In this document: one piece after another, positions 54,114 to 64,000 of the stretch | Layout of the letters: each line of letters opens with the position of its first letter | Position numbering within the stretch: the stretch's first letter is position 1 | From: an uncultured delta proteobacterium | GTDB taxonomy: Bacteria > Desulfobacterota > Desulfobacteria > Desulfobacterales > JAFDCJ01 | Assembly (NCBI GenBank): GCA_963769935.1 | Contig: CAVYNY010000011.1 | Coordinates: forward strand, 448,001-512,000 | Direction of reading: 5' to 3' | DNA length: 64,000 nt | Notes under the pieces: generated by a model | The model's input: only the letters and a program-made list of their open reading frames with translations | Told to the model about the DNA's origin: nothing | Database searches by the model: none | Program-made: the position numbers and the translations under genes

Positions 54114-54254
54114 TGTCTTCCTTCAGGTCCGTCCCGACCAATAGCGCGACCACCCCGGCTGGCTGAACAAGTATTGCCGGTACTCGATAAAATCAAACCG
54201 GGTCGATCGCGACGTCACGGCCCGATCCGCCGCGCAAGGTCCGTATTCAGCCCG

Positions 54255-55178
54255 CTAACTCTGGGGAAACTGCTTGGGCCCGAACAGTTTGATTTTTTCA
54301 TCCGGGGCCGTCTTTACATCCGGTTCGGCCGGCGGGGTTTGGGTAGCGGGTTCAGATTCGGCGGCCGCTGATTCGGATGCCGGCAGGGGCTGCCGGTTTT
54401 TGAGCAGATTTTCGGGAACATAAACTTCATCACCCCCCTTGAGCTGATCGGGATTGAGATCCGGATTGGCGTTGGCCAACGCCTTTCGATTGGCCGGATT
54501 GCCTGTATACCACCGGGCGATGTCCGCCAATTTTTCGTTGTCCTGTTTGACCGTGTAGGCGAAGTAGTCCGAGGTGTGCTTCGCGGCGACTTTCTGCGGC
54601 AAACACACGCGGGTCTTCAGCAAAGACGGCGGTATATAGATAATATCGCCGCTTTTGATCCGATTTGGATCAAGACGCGGATTGGCGGCGGCCACTTTGC
54701 GCCAATTTCGGTATGAGCCGGTGTACCATGAAGCAATCAAAGAAAGCGATTCACCGGGCCAATGCACGGTGTGCTTATAAAAATTCTGGCGATCTTGGCC
54801 GCTGAAATTTTTCGGCAGCGGTTCCCGGGTCTTCAGTAAATCGACAGGAATACGGATTTCACTGCCGACGGCAATTTTTCGGGGATTCACATCCGGATTT
54901 ATTGCGGCCAGATTTTTTTCGTTTTTCGCATCTCCGGTATACCATTCCGCCACGTAAGCCAGCGTTTCCCAGGACCAGCGGCAGTTATGGATAAAATATT
55001 CATCCTGTCGATCCCGGTTGGATTCATCCGCTTCCGATTTTTCAAAGTTCAACTTTTCGCGGATGACAGACTGCCAATCATCGAATTTTTGTTCGACACC
55101 GGCACATCCCCAGCACATGCCGACAACAATCAATCCAATAAAACTGATGGTGGTTGAAGTTCGCGACCTGGTTTTCAT
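54255..55178 (-). CDS. Lipoprotein with three LysM-like repeats
   Basis: Three copies of E-L--IA-WYTG---N---A--NP--P--I--G--I-IP--LLK. Confidence 0.8.
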   Translation of the reverse strand: MKTRSRTSTTISFIGLIVVGMCWGCAGVEQKFDDWQSVIREKLNFEKSEADESNRDRQDEYFIHNCRWSWETLAYVAEWYTGDAKNEKNLAAINPDVNPRKIAVGSEIRIPVDLLKTREPLPKNFSGQDRQNFYKHTVHWPGESLSLIASWYTGSYRNWRKVAAANPRLDPNRIKSGDIIYIPPSLLKTRVCLPQKVAAKHTSDYFAYTVKQDNEKLADIARWYTGNPANRKALANANPDLNPDQLKGGDEVYVPENLLKNRQPLPASESAAAESEPATQTPPAEPDVKTAPDEKIKLFGPKQFPQS

Positions 55179-57103
55179 CCCTTTGCTCCTGTTTTCTTTT
55201 TCACTCGGTTCAGGTACCTTTTGGCGGATTCATTGCGTGGGTTCAAGGAGACCGCCTGCTCCAGATTTTTAATGCATTGTTTATGTTCGCCCAGCTTTTC
55301 ATTTATGACGGCAAGATTGAACAGCGCTTCATCCGTGAAGGCGGGCTCCAGTTCCACTACCCGACGATACATCTGCTTGGCCTGCTGATAGTTTTCGGTA
55401 ACGGCATACACGTACCCGAGATTAAAAAATGTATCCGGCAGGTGAGGCGCCAGATCACCCACTTTAAGATAGGTTTCGATTGCCTTGGAATAATTTTTAC
55501 GGGTCATATAAACATAGCCAAGATTGGAAAGCACTGAAATATTAGCAGGATCAATCTCCAGGGCCTTCAACAATAGATTCCCGGCCTTCTCCGCATCGGT
55601 CTTGATAAGGTCAGCCGCCTGCCCCTGCAGCGCCTTGACATAAACCTCCGAAACGGAATCTATCATGGACGGGTTGCCGGCCATGATTTCTTCCAGCAAG
55701 GTCGCGGCCAGGGTATAGTGTTTGGCAGCCAGGGCTGTTTGAGCAGCCGTCAGTTTGCTGGTCTCAACAGCTTCCGCCGGGGCGGACGACGATGGGGTGA
55801 CGGTCGATGTCTCGGGCTGGGAGCGGGAAAACGAAATTTGCTTTATCCCTAAAGCCACCACCACCAGAAAAGCAAGAACCACCAGAGCCGGCATCAATAC
55901 GGCCGACTTGATGTGCCGCCGTCCAGGTTTGCCGGGCGGGTTGCTTTTTGGGGCGGGATTCCGTTTACCCGGCCGCAGCATTTTGGCCAACTGCCGCCAG
56001 ATGCCCTTGAACAAGGTCTGCTTGAATTGCTCCAGTTTTTCGTTCAGAAACGCTTTCGTCAAAACAATGGTGTGCTCATAGGTTTCTTCTTTGGCCGGCG
56101 GCCGATTTTCTGCTTCATTCTCACCGGCTTCAAATATCTTGGATTTGGCCCAGAGTGCCAGTTCTTCTTCGACAAATTCCTCCTCAAAGAGCTCCTTCAG
56201 GTACTGGGCAAAATTTCTGGCGTTCGGCCGCAGGGAAAGTCCAAACGCACACTCTTCCACATCGGCCAGCATATCTCCGGCGGTTTGGTACCTTTTTTCG
56301 GGATCTTTGGCCAAGGCCTTTCGCAAAATGTCATTGAGCTTGGCGGGAAGATCGGGGATCACCTCCTCCGGCGGATCATATTGAGCCTCGCGCACCAAGG
56401 ATAAGACATGCATGGTTTCGCCTTCAAACATTCGCCGGACCGCCAGCAGTTCATATAAAATGATGCCGCTTGAAAAAATATCCGAACGATGGTCGATTTG
56501 CTGGCCGTTGGCCTGTTCAGGGGACATGTAAGCCAATTTGCCTTTGATCAGATTTTCTCGGGTTTTGGTGTTGTGATTGGCGGCTTTGGCAATGCCGAAG
56601 TCGATGATTTTTACCTGCCCTTCATAGGTGGCAAATATATTTTGGGGATTAATGTCCCGATGAATAATGTTCAGCGGTTTTCCCTGCAGGTCTTTTAAAT
56701 TGTGCGAGTAATCCAATCCCGCACAGATGCGGGCAACAATGTAGAGAATATTCTCCATTCCCAACGGCATGTCCCTCTTTTTGGCGGTTTGCCGGATGGT
56801 GCGCAGATCTTTGCCGAAAAGGTATTCCATAGCGATAAAATATTGGTCATCCATACTGCCGAAATCATAAATCTGGACGATATTTTCGTGATGCAGCAGC
56901 GCGGCCAATTTGGCCTCGTCGATGAAGGCCGTTTTCAGATTCTCTTCCTCGGAAAGATTCGGCAGAATTTTTTTGATGGCAATCAGCTTCTCAAAGCCCT
57001 GAACGCCGGTTAACTTGGCACGGTACAGCTCGGCCATACCGCCCACGGCGATTTTGTCTAAAAGCTGATATTTGCCGAATTGTGTGGGTTGAAATACCGT
57101 CAT
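55175..57103 (-). CDS. Membrane Ser/Thr protein kinase with C-terminal TPRs
   Basis: GGMAELY, AIKK, HRDINPQN, DFGIA, YMSPEQ; TM segment; TPRs. Confidence 0.93.
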   Translation of the reverse strand: MTVFQPTQFGKYQLLDKIAVGGMAELYRAKLTGVQGFEKLIAIKKILPNLSEEENLKTAFIDEAKLAALLHHENIVQIYDFGSMDDQYFIAMEYLFGKDLRTIRQTAKKRDMPLGMENILYIVARICAGLDYSHNLKDLQGKPLNIIHRDINPQNIFATYEGQVKIIDFGIAKAANHNTKTRENLIKGKLAYMSPEQANGQQIDHRSDIFSSGIILYELLAVRRMFEGETMHVLSLVREAQYDPPEEVIPDLPAKLNDILRKALAKDPEKRYQTAGDMLADVEECAFGLSLRPNARNFAQYLKELFEEEFVEEELALWAKSKIFEAGENEAENRPPAKEETYEHTIVLTKAFLNEKLEQFKQTLFKGIWRQLAKMLRPGKRNPAPKSNPPGKPGRRHIKSAVLMPALVVLAFLVVVALGIKQISFSRSQPETSTVTPSSSAPAEAVETSKLTAAQTALAAKHYTLAATLLEEIMAGNPSMIDSVSEVYVKALQGQAADLIKTDAEKAGNLLLKALEIDPANISVLSNLGYVYMTRKNYSKAIETYLKVGDLAPHLPDTFFNLGYVYAVTENYQQAKQMYRRVVELEPAFTDEALFNLAVINEKLGEHKQCIKNLEQAVSLNPRNESAKRYLNRVKKKTGAKG

Positions 57104-57666
57104 AAAATCACAGCGGGGCTGCCGGTGCCTCTGAAATTTCGCCTGCGCGATAGCGGCCTGCAAAAAATAATCGAATATTGTTCCAGTTTTCTGATATTGG
57201 AAAAAAATTTCCAATTCAGGCGGCATGGACCCGCCGCCTTGCCCTCGGTTGCACGACCGGAATGGATCGTATTCATGACATGTATCGGCCCTTTCAGGTA
57301 GAACTTAAGATCAATTTGGGGGCAGAGCGCCAGCGGCGCCAGTTCATAGCTGATAGCTCATAGTTGATAGGATAAAGGCGAAAAGCGTGCGGCAGACGGC
57401 AATAAAAAAAGGTATAGAATATAGGGTATAGGGGCAAGGCAAACAAAAAGGTTGGAGGTTGGAGGTTGGAGGCGGGAGGGGATGGGCGCAAGGTGCACGG
57501 CGCACGGCTTACGGCGCAACGGTTGATAGCCCCGGTTAAATTCGCTGCGCTCGATATCTTCGATATATTTAACAGGGTAAAGGTTGATCAGGTTGGCGCT
57601 CACGAACATACGAACTTAAAAGCTCGCGAGCTTATCAGCTTACCAGCTTACCAGCTTCTCACCTTC

Positions 57667-59067
57667 TTAGCTTCTCAGCTTCTCAGCTTCTGTTTTCTCT
57701 TCTCTGTCCTCTATTTTTTCCGTTGACGTCCCAATGGTATGGGCAGGTAGTTCTATCCAGCCGGTATCCTCTTTGAACTGCTCCTCCCGGATGCGGTTGA
57801 ATTCATCCTTCAGCTGCTCAAACACCTCCACGACCCGGGGGTCGAAATGGGAACCGTTGAGGCTGAGAATAATTTGTCTGGATTTATCATGGGTATAAGC
57901 GCGTTTGTAAAATCGCTCTGAGGTCAAAGCATCGTAAACATCAGCCAGGGCTACAATCCGGGCGGACAGCGGAATATTCTCACCCTTGAGCCCCACGGGA
58001 TAGCCGCTGCCGTCCCATTTTTCGTGATGGCTATAGGCGATCTCTTTTCCCATTTTCAAGAATGATTTTCCTTCAATCTGTGATTCGATCGCCCGGATGA
58101 CTTCACCGCCCAGCAACGTATGACGCTTGATAATTTCAAACTCCTGCGCGGTAAGTTTATCAGGTTTTAAAAGAATGGCATCGGGAATGCCGACTTTACC
58201 GATGTCGTGCAAAATGGAGGACTGATAAATATCATCAATATAATCAGGAGTGATTATGCTGCGGAAGGCAGGATTTTGCGCCAGTTCTTCAGTGAGAATT
58301 TTGGCATACTCGCGGATTCTTTCCAGGTGAGTCCCAGTGCCTTCATCACGGTATTCGGCGAGTTTGGCAAGCCCCAGGATGGTTGCCATCCTGGCATTCT
58401 GCAGTTTGCGGTAGGAATCCAGCAAATCCATCTCGAGTTTTTTCTTTTCGGTGCGGTCCCGCACCAAACCCCGATAGCCGCAGGCGGCATCGTTGGTGTC
58501 CTTTAAAAGCGATACGGAAGCCTCGATAAACAGGGTCAACCCGTCAACGTTGAATTCACAATCAAAGGCTTTAACAGGCTTCCCGCTTCGGCGGCAGTGT
58601 TCAAAGGTTTCCAGAACCAGCCTGGCATTTTGATCATCCAGGAATTGCCGGTAATTCGTCCGCACCATTTTTTCCTTGGCATAACCGAATATATTGCCCA
58701 TCGAGTCGTTGACGAATTTGAAGTTGCTGTCAAAATCCACCTCGTAATAGCCTTCCTCAATGCTTTCCAGTATGGTACGATATTTTTCTTCACTCTCTTT
58801 TAAAGCCTGCTCGGCTTCTTTGCGCTTGTTGATGGTATATTGCACGTGCGATCCAAATATCATAAACAGACATAAGACGATAAGCCGCAGCCACATTTCG
58901 CTGACATTGGGTCCGAATATATCGCGATAGAAATTTACCTCTTCCGGCGAAAATAAATTTATAAACGATTCCAATCCCCAGTACAGGAAGGCCAGAAAAA
59001 TGCCGACCAGCACCGTCTGATCGGCCAGGTTCAAAGGTTTTTTTATCTTTTTTTTCAATTTATTCAT
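57667..59067 (-). CDS. PAS + HD-GYP phosphodiesterase
   Basis: Two TM segments, PAS, LHDIGK, HHEKWDGSGYP, DVYDAL. Confidence 0.93.
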   Translation of the reverse strand: MNKLKKKIKKPLNLADQTVLVGIFLAFLYWGLESFINLFSPEEVNFYRDIFGPNVSEMWLRLIVLCLFMIFGSHVQYTINKRKEAEQALKESEEKYRTILESIEEGYYEVDFDSNFKFVNDSMGNIFGYAKEKMVRTNYRQFLDDQNARLVLETFEHCRRSGKPVKAFDCEFNVDGLTLFIEASVSLLKDTNDAACGYRGLVRDRTEKKKLEMDLLDSYRKLQNARMATILGLAKLAEYRDEGTGTHLERIREYAKILTEELAQNPAFRSIITPDYIDDIYQSSILHDIGKVGIPDAILLKPDKLTAQEFEIIKRHTLLGGEVIRAIESQIEGKSFLKMGKEIAYSHHEKWDGSGYPVGLKGENIPLSARIVALADVYDALTSERFYKRAYTHDKSRQIILSLNGSHFDPRVVEVFEQLKDEFNRIREEQFKEDTGWIELPAHTIGTSTEKIEDREEKTEAEKLRS

Positions 59068-59373
59068 TTCTGGATGTGGTTTTATTCATTTCTGGATGTG
59101 GTATTTTTCGGGTCGGATTAATTAGTTTACTCTATTTACGGTTTCAAGACCAGCGTAATTTGGCTTGGTTGCCGGATTGCTTCGCCGCCGCTCCACCGGC
59201 AGACCCTATCCCCCCTTGATAAAAGCCTGGATAGTCTCAAGCTAATAACCCATTATCCACCCCGTTGTTATTGACCTGATTCAGCGAGCCTGCTAAAATA
59301 TAAAGGTAAAGGGCACCGGTACGATCCATTCAATCAGCAACGATGCCGAAATCGGGGTTAAAGGATCGCCAAA

Positions 59374-59661
59374 ATGATACAGAGACTCAAACAATACGCT
59401 ATCATTGCCGCAGCTGTATTTGCGCTCTGGGGCATACTGGACAATCATTTCATTTTCGAAGGGTATCATGTTCACCTGTTAAAAAAAGCGGAGCTCAATC
59501 TGCATGACACTTTTATCAGCCTGCACAACAAAAGGCCGGAATTTATTTTAAAAAACGACCGGCTGCGGGAAGCAGGCATTGGGGATCTGATGGTGGAGAT
59601 CGGAATGATAACCGAGGATGAAAAAAGCCGGTTGGAGGACAAATACCGGTATGGTGAATAG
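59374..59661 (+). CDS. Hypothetical small membrane/exported protein
   Basis: N-terminal hydrophobic helix; plausible RBS. Confidence 0.65.
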   Translation: MIQRLKQYAIIAAAVFALWGILDNHFIFEGYHVHLLKKAELNLHDTFISLHNKRPEFILKNDRLREAGIGDLMVEIGMITEDEKSRLEDKYRYGE

Positions 59662-59878
59662 GAGCACCATCACGGAAGGGCATAAGTTTCCGAAAAAATC
59701 GTTGTCCGTAAGATACACGGCGGTTTTTTGCGGACCTAATGGTCGGCAAACACCCGATGCAGCGCAGGGTCGCTGGGAAATATTCTCAGTATACTTTTAA
59801 ACTCATCGGTGGAGTCGAGGGTGATGGAACCATCGACGATGTGTTCGGCAATACTGATTTGCTGGTTGATATTACTTC

Positions 59879-61982
59879 TCACTCGCTATTTCGTCCCAGT
59901 GCATTGAGCTCAAGGGTAATCGGCCGTTCTTCCTCGCCTTTGCCGATGAACCGGATAGGACCGGGGTGACGGTAATGATCATCGCCCGGTTCAGCCGCCA
60001 GCCATTTTTCCCGATAGGCTTTGACGACCTGAAATGCAATCGAATTCACATCCACGATACTTTTTTCGATCACCAGGGCCAATTTGCCTTTGCGCTCTTC
60101 GAGGTGCATCAGCGGTGCAATCGGAATGCCGATCGGCTCCCACCTGGAAAAATCCTGATCCAGATTTTTGATGGCCGCCATCTGCCCGGTGACCCCGTTG
60201 GCAATCAGGCTGAACACGGTGAGCCCCAGGTTATAGGTATAAATGCAGTCAAAACGAGTGGGATCATTTCCCCGGCCGTCGTAGCCGTAAAAGTGAATCT
60301 GGGTTTTGAAACTCGGGATGGATTTTTTAAATATCTTCTCAACGGCCGCCGGAACTTTCTCCTCGGCCTTCAGCAATTCTTTTTTTTGCAAGGCCTGATG
60401 AAGGGTTTTGACAGAAATAATCGCAGAATTTACCAGCAAATATTGGGCGGCGCCGAAATTTTTAAAAAGCACCGGTCCATAGCGTTCCGGGTCGAGCCCT
60501 TCTTTTTGCAGGATTTTTCGAAAATAATCTTGTTGAATGCCTATTTTATAAACGCCTTCTTCCTTTAGTATATTCAAATAATCCTGGACCAGACCCAGCA
60601 GGACTTTTTCAGTTTCGACCTGAGAAAAGGGGAAGTTGCCGTGGCTGTCTCTCTCCATCAGCAGCCCTTCCTGGAAAAAGGCCGGGATATCACTGAAAAG
60701 ATCTTCGTCCCGGGTATTCCAGAGTTTGAAAGCGGCATCTTCGCGGGAACGCTGGGCCAGCCGCCGCAGATATTCCAGCTTTTCTTCGAGACGCGGAAAA
60801 GACGAGTGGAAATCCCTGTCATGGGTTTGGTTGTAATCTGCAATAATCGTATTCAGTTTGATGATATAAACCTGAATTTCATTGATAAATTCCAGGACGC
60901 CTTCCGGAATGACGATGACGCCGTAATTTTTCCCGCTGGCGGCGCGTCTGACAATGCCGTCGCAAATAACCCGGGAAAGGTGGCGCAGCGTCATACCGAA
61001 AGCAGTGTAGTCGGTTGTGCCTTCCTGCTGCGCTTTTTTCAGTCTTTCTTTATCCGTGTAATTGGCGAGATCTTCGCCGATCAGGGTCAGGTTGGCGTGG
61101 GTCTGCAACGCAACTTCCAAAGCCAGATGGCTGGCAACCCGTCCCATGACTTTACAGACATGCCAGTATTTAATATCCGAGCTGCTGTCGGTGCACAGAT
61201 TGCTGATGGAGCCGGCAAAGGCACGGGCGGCGGTATGAAATCCGAACGACATGGCGCACAGTACGTTGCCATCCGCATCACCTGACCTGAATATCGCCGT
61301 CGATGGTCTTGGGGACGCCGATCACCTGAACGCCGTCGGCCAGCATCTCTTGAGCCAGAAAAGCGGCATTGGTGTTGGAATCGTCTCCGCCGATGACCAC
61401 CAGGGCATCCAGCTGCAGATTCTGGCAGGTCGCGCGGGAGAGCCTCATCTTCTGGGGGGTGTCAATTTTGGTGCGGCCGGTTTTAATCATGCTGAATCCG
61501 CCCAGGTTCCGGTATTTATTCACCAGTTCATCGCCGAGTTCGACGGCTTCATTCTCGATGATGCCGTCCGGTCCTACCAGAAAACCGTAGACTTTGGTAT
61601 CCGGATTGGCCTTTTTGGCCGCATCATACAGACCGGCAATCACATTGTGCCCGCCCGGCGCCGGACCGCCTGAAAAGACAATCCCGATATTGCGTTTTTT
61701 ACCGTATTGCCGGGCAACCGCATCATCCACCGAATCAAGGCCCCTGATCAGCTGCACTTTGTTGCTGATGATATCGGGCAGCTGCTTTTCGGCTTCCTTG
61801 TCAAGCTCAAACCGATACCGGTCGGTTTCCTGCAAAACCGTATACTGATGCGAAAACACCTCGCAGCTGGGAGGCGAATAGTTCCTTCTTTCGAGCAGTT
61901 CGGCGTTAGTGTCTCCGGTGACTTTTTCAACTTGGGGATGGTTTAATAGTTCTTCCAAATTGAGGGTACTGTGATCGGGCAT
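59879..61982 (-). CDS. pfp: Pyrophosphate-dependent phosphofructokinase, frameshift near 61280
   Basis: SGGPAPGG, GGDDSNT, PKTIDGD, MGRVASH, GYDGR. Confidence 0.88.
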
Positions 61983-62361
61983 GGCAACCTCCCATGAAAT
62001 TGAATATGGTTGATTTAATATCTACAATAGCCGACAGTTGATGGATAATAGTCAACAATCAAAAATAAATCTTCATTCTTCAATTCTCAATTCATACCCG
62101 CCCCTTGCATACAAAGTCAAGATGATTCCTCCTGATAGGACCGGGAGCGGTTCATGTCCGCAAGACCGTGGCGGGCTAATCGCCGACAGCCAAAAGAATG
62201 CTTTACAACAATTATTTTATAAGATACAAGAAAATGTCCGATTGACATTCAAAGGTTAAATATGTTTTATTTATTTGGGCAGCAATTGTGAATCGGTTGA
62301 TCGACCCGCTACGGTCATCAGTTTGCCAAATCCCATCAAACAAAATCAAAGGAGGTTATCT

Positions 62362-63189
62362 ATGAAAAAAGGATTGGTATCAGGTCTTGCTGTATTGGCT
62401 TTAATCGGATTTCTATTGGCGACCTCCGCCATCGGTGCGGATATCGATCTGGCCAAGAAATCCACCCTTGAAAAAATCCTGCAAAACAAAGAACTGCGCG
62501 TCGGTTTCGAGTCCGGCTACGTCCCGTTTGAAATGACCAATAAAAAGGGCGAATATATCGGCTTTGACATGGATTACGGCCGCAGGATGGCCAAAGACAT
62601 GGGCGTAAAATTCGTCCCGATCAACACGGCCTGGGACGGCATCATTCCGGCCCTCATGACGGACAAATTCGATATCATCATGGGCGGTATGACCATCACC
62701 CAGGAAAGAAATCTCAAGGTCAATTTTGCGGACCCGTACATTATCGTGGGGCAGGCCATTCTCTTGAACAAAAAGCTCAAAGACAAGGTTTTATCCTACA
62801 AGGATCTTAATAACCCCAAATATATCGTGACCTCCCGCATGGGCACCACCGGTGAGCAGGCCATTAAAAGATATATTCCCAAAGCCACCTACAAAGGTTT
62901 TGAATCAGAAGCCGAAGCCGGCCTCGAGGTGATAAACGGCAAGGCGGATGCGTTGGTTTATGATTTGCCCTTCTGCGGATATCTTTACAGCAGCCAGGGA
63001 CAAGGCAAAACCATATTCCTGAGCGACCCCTTCACCTATGAGCCGCTGGCCTGGGCCGTCAAAAAGGGCGATCCGGATTTTCTGAACTTTCTAAACAACT
63101 TTCTGCGCCAGACCAAAGGCGACGGCTTCTACGACAGAATGTACAAAAAATGGATTACCGGCAGCAAGTGGAAAGAAGAACTCGAGTAA
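62362..63189 (+). CDS. Polar amino-acid ABC transporter substrate-binding protein
   Basis: GGAGG RBS, signal peptide, GFDMD, MTITQER. Confidence 0.92.
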   Translation: MKKGLVSGLAVLALIGFLLATSAIGADIDLAKKSTLEKILQNKELRVGFESGYVPFEMTNKKGEYIGFDMDYGRRMAKDMGVKFVPINTAWDGIIPALMTDKFDIIMGGMTITQERNLKVNFADPYIIVGQAILLNKKLKDKVLSYKDLNNPKYIVTSRMGTTGEQAIKRYIPKATYKGFESEAEAGLEVINGKADALVYDLPFCGYLYSSQGQGKTIFLSDPFTYEPLAWAVKKGDPDFLNFLNNFLRQTKGDGFYDRMYKKWITGSKWKEELE

Positions 63190-63354
63190 TCCGCCGCTGC
63201 AGTTCGCATCCGATGCGAATGGTTGAACCGGCCGGTCATGCCGGCAAACGGCATGGCCGGTTTGTTGCCTAATGGCAAAGAAAGCCGTGGGAACCTGGAT
63301 CGTCCCGCGCCAAAACCGCTTCCCACGTAAACAAGCCCAAGGTGGAAAAATGCT

Positions 63355-64000
63355 ATGACAAAACGAATGAATCGGCAGCATGACGCCAAGCCTGCTTCAT
63401 ACTATGGCTGGGTGGGTGTCTTCGTTGTCTTTGTTTTGGTGCTGGCCGGCCTGTTTTATTATGCCACCCAAAAAATCGCGTATGTATGGCGCTGGAACCG
63501 GGTTCCCATTTATTTTGTATATGAAGATCAAATTGATGTCGTCACCGATATCGACGGTGATGTGGAATCCGTTCAAAAAAAGGACAAGCAAACCGTAATC
63601 ACCATCAAAGGACTGGACGAAACGGAATCCTACAACGTACCGGCCGGCAGTTCGAGGGTTGATAAAGGCTATTATGTCTACCTCGGCGAGACCATCGCCA
63701 GCTACAAGAAATGGAAACCCGGCCTGCTGGTCATCGGCCTCTGGATCACCCTGAAACTGAGCGTGATCGCGACCATTCTGGGTGTTATCATCGGTGTCAT
63801 CGGCGGACTTACCCGCATCTCGTCCAATCCCGCCTTGAAATGGATTACCATCGGATATGTGGAATTGATCCGGGGCTCACCCTTGATGGTGCAAATCCTC
63901 CTCTGGTATTTTGTCATCGGAACAGTCGTCAATGATATGCTGGCAGCTTTTGGGATGAGACGGATCCCGGCCTTCTGGTACGGCGTGGCTTCGTTGGCCT
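63355..64000 (+). CDS. Amino-acid ABC permease, truncated by the window end
   Basis: GLWITLKLS, YVELIRGSPLMVQ. Confidence 0.9.
   Translation, partial: MTKRMNRQHDAKPASYYGWVGVFVVFVLVLAGLFYYATQKIAYVWRWNRVPIYFVYEDQIDVVTDIDGDVESVQKKDKQTVITIKGLDETESYNVPAGSSRVDKGYYVYLGETIASYKKWKPGLLVIGLWITLKLSVIATILGVIIGVIGGLTRISSNPALKWITIGYVELIRGSPLMVQILLWYFVIGTVVNDMLAAFGMRRIPAFWYGVASLA

Overview
64 kb of a bacterial chromosome. Gene content (HdrABC/MvhD, tungsten-type AOR, many sigma54 and two-component regulators) suggests a sulfate-reducing deltaproteobacterium (Desulfobacterales-like); this is an inference. About 4.3-19.6 kb is an accessory region: a minus-strand integron cassette array with 8 attC or attC-like sites and no integrase in the window. 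It carries PhzF, RidA, VapBC, methyltransferase, SDR, phosphoesterase, HepT/MntA, DUF4926 and MazEF cassettes. It is invaded by an IS1182 remnant, an intact IS110-family element, MITEs, an HUH/RAYT-type transposase gene bounded by GGGTCGCATCT inverted repeats, and a group II intron inserted in one of those repeats. The most striking observation is the IS110 3' non-coding region. It holds three tandem, similarly built bridge/seek-RNA-like loops, each with a different guide. One matches the element's own insertion site and another matches the RAYT terminal repeat, which the intron's EBS motifs also recognise. The rest of the window holds a regulator-flanked hdr/mvhD cluster that includes an HdrA with an embedded receiver domain, an orphan tagRST-like/vWA/Sel1 operon, hisD, serC, aor, a Ser/Thr kinase, an HD-GYP protein, PPi-PFK and an amino-acid ABC transporter. 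Many single-base frameshifts in conserved genes suggest uncorrected long-read indels.
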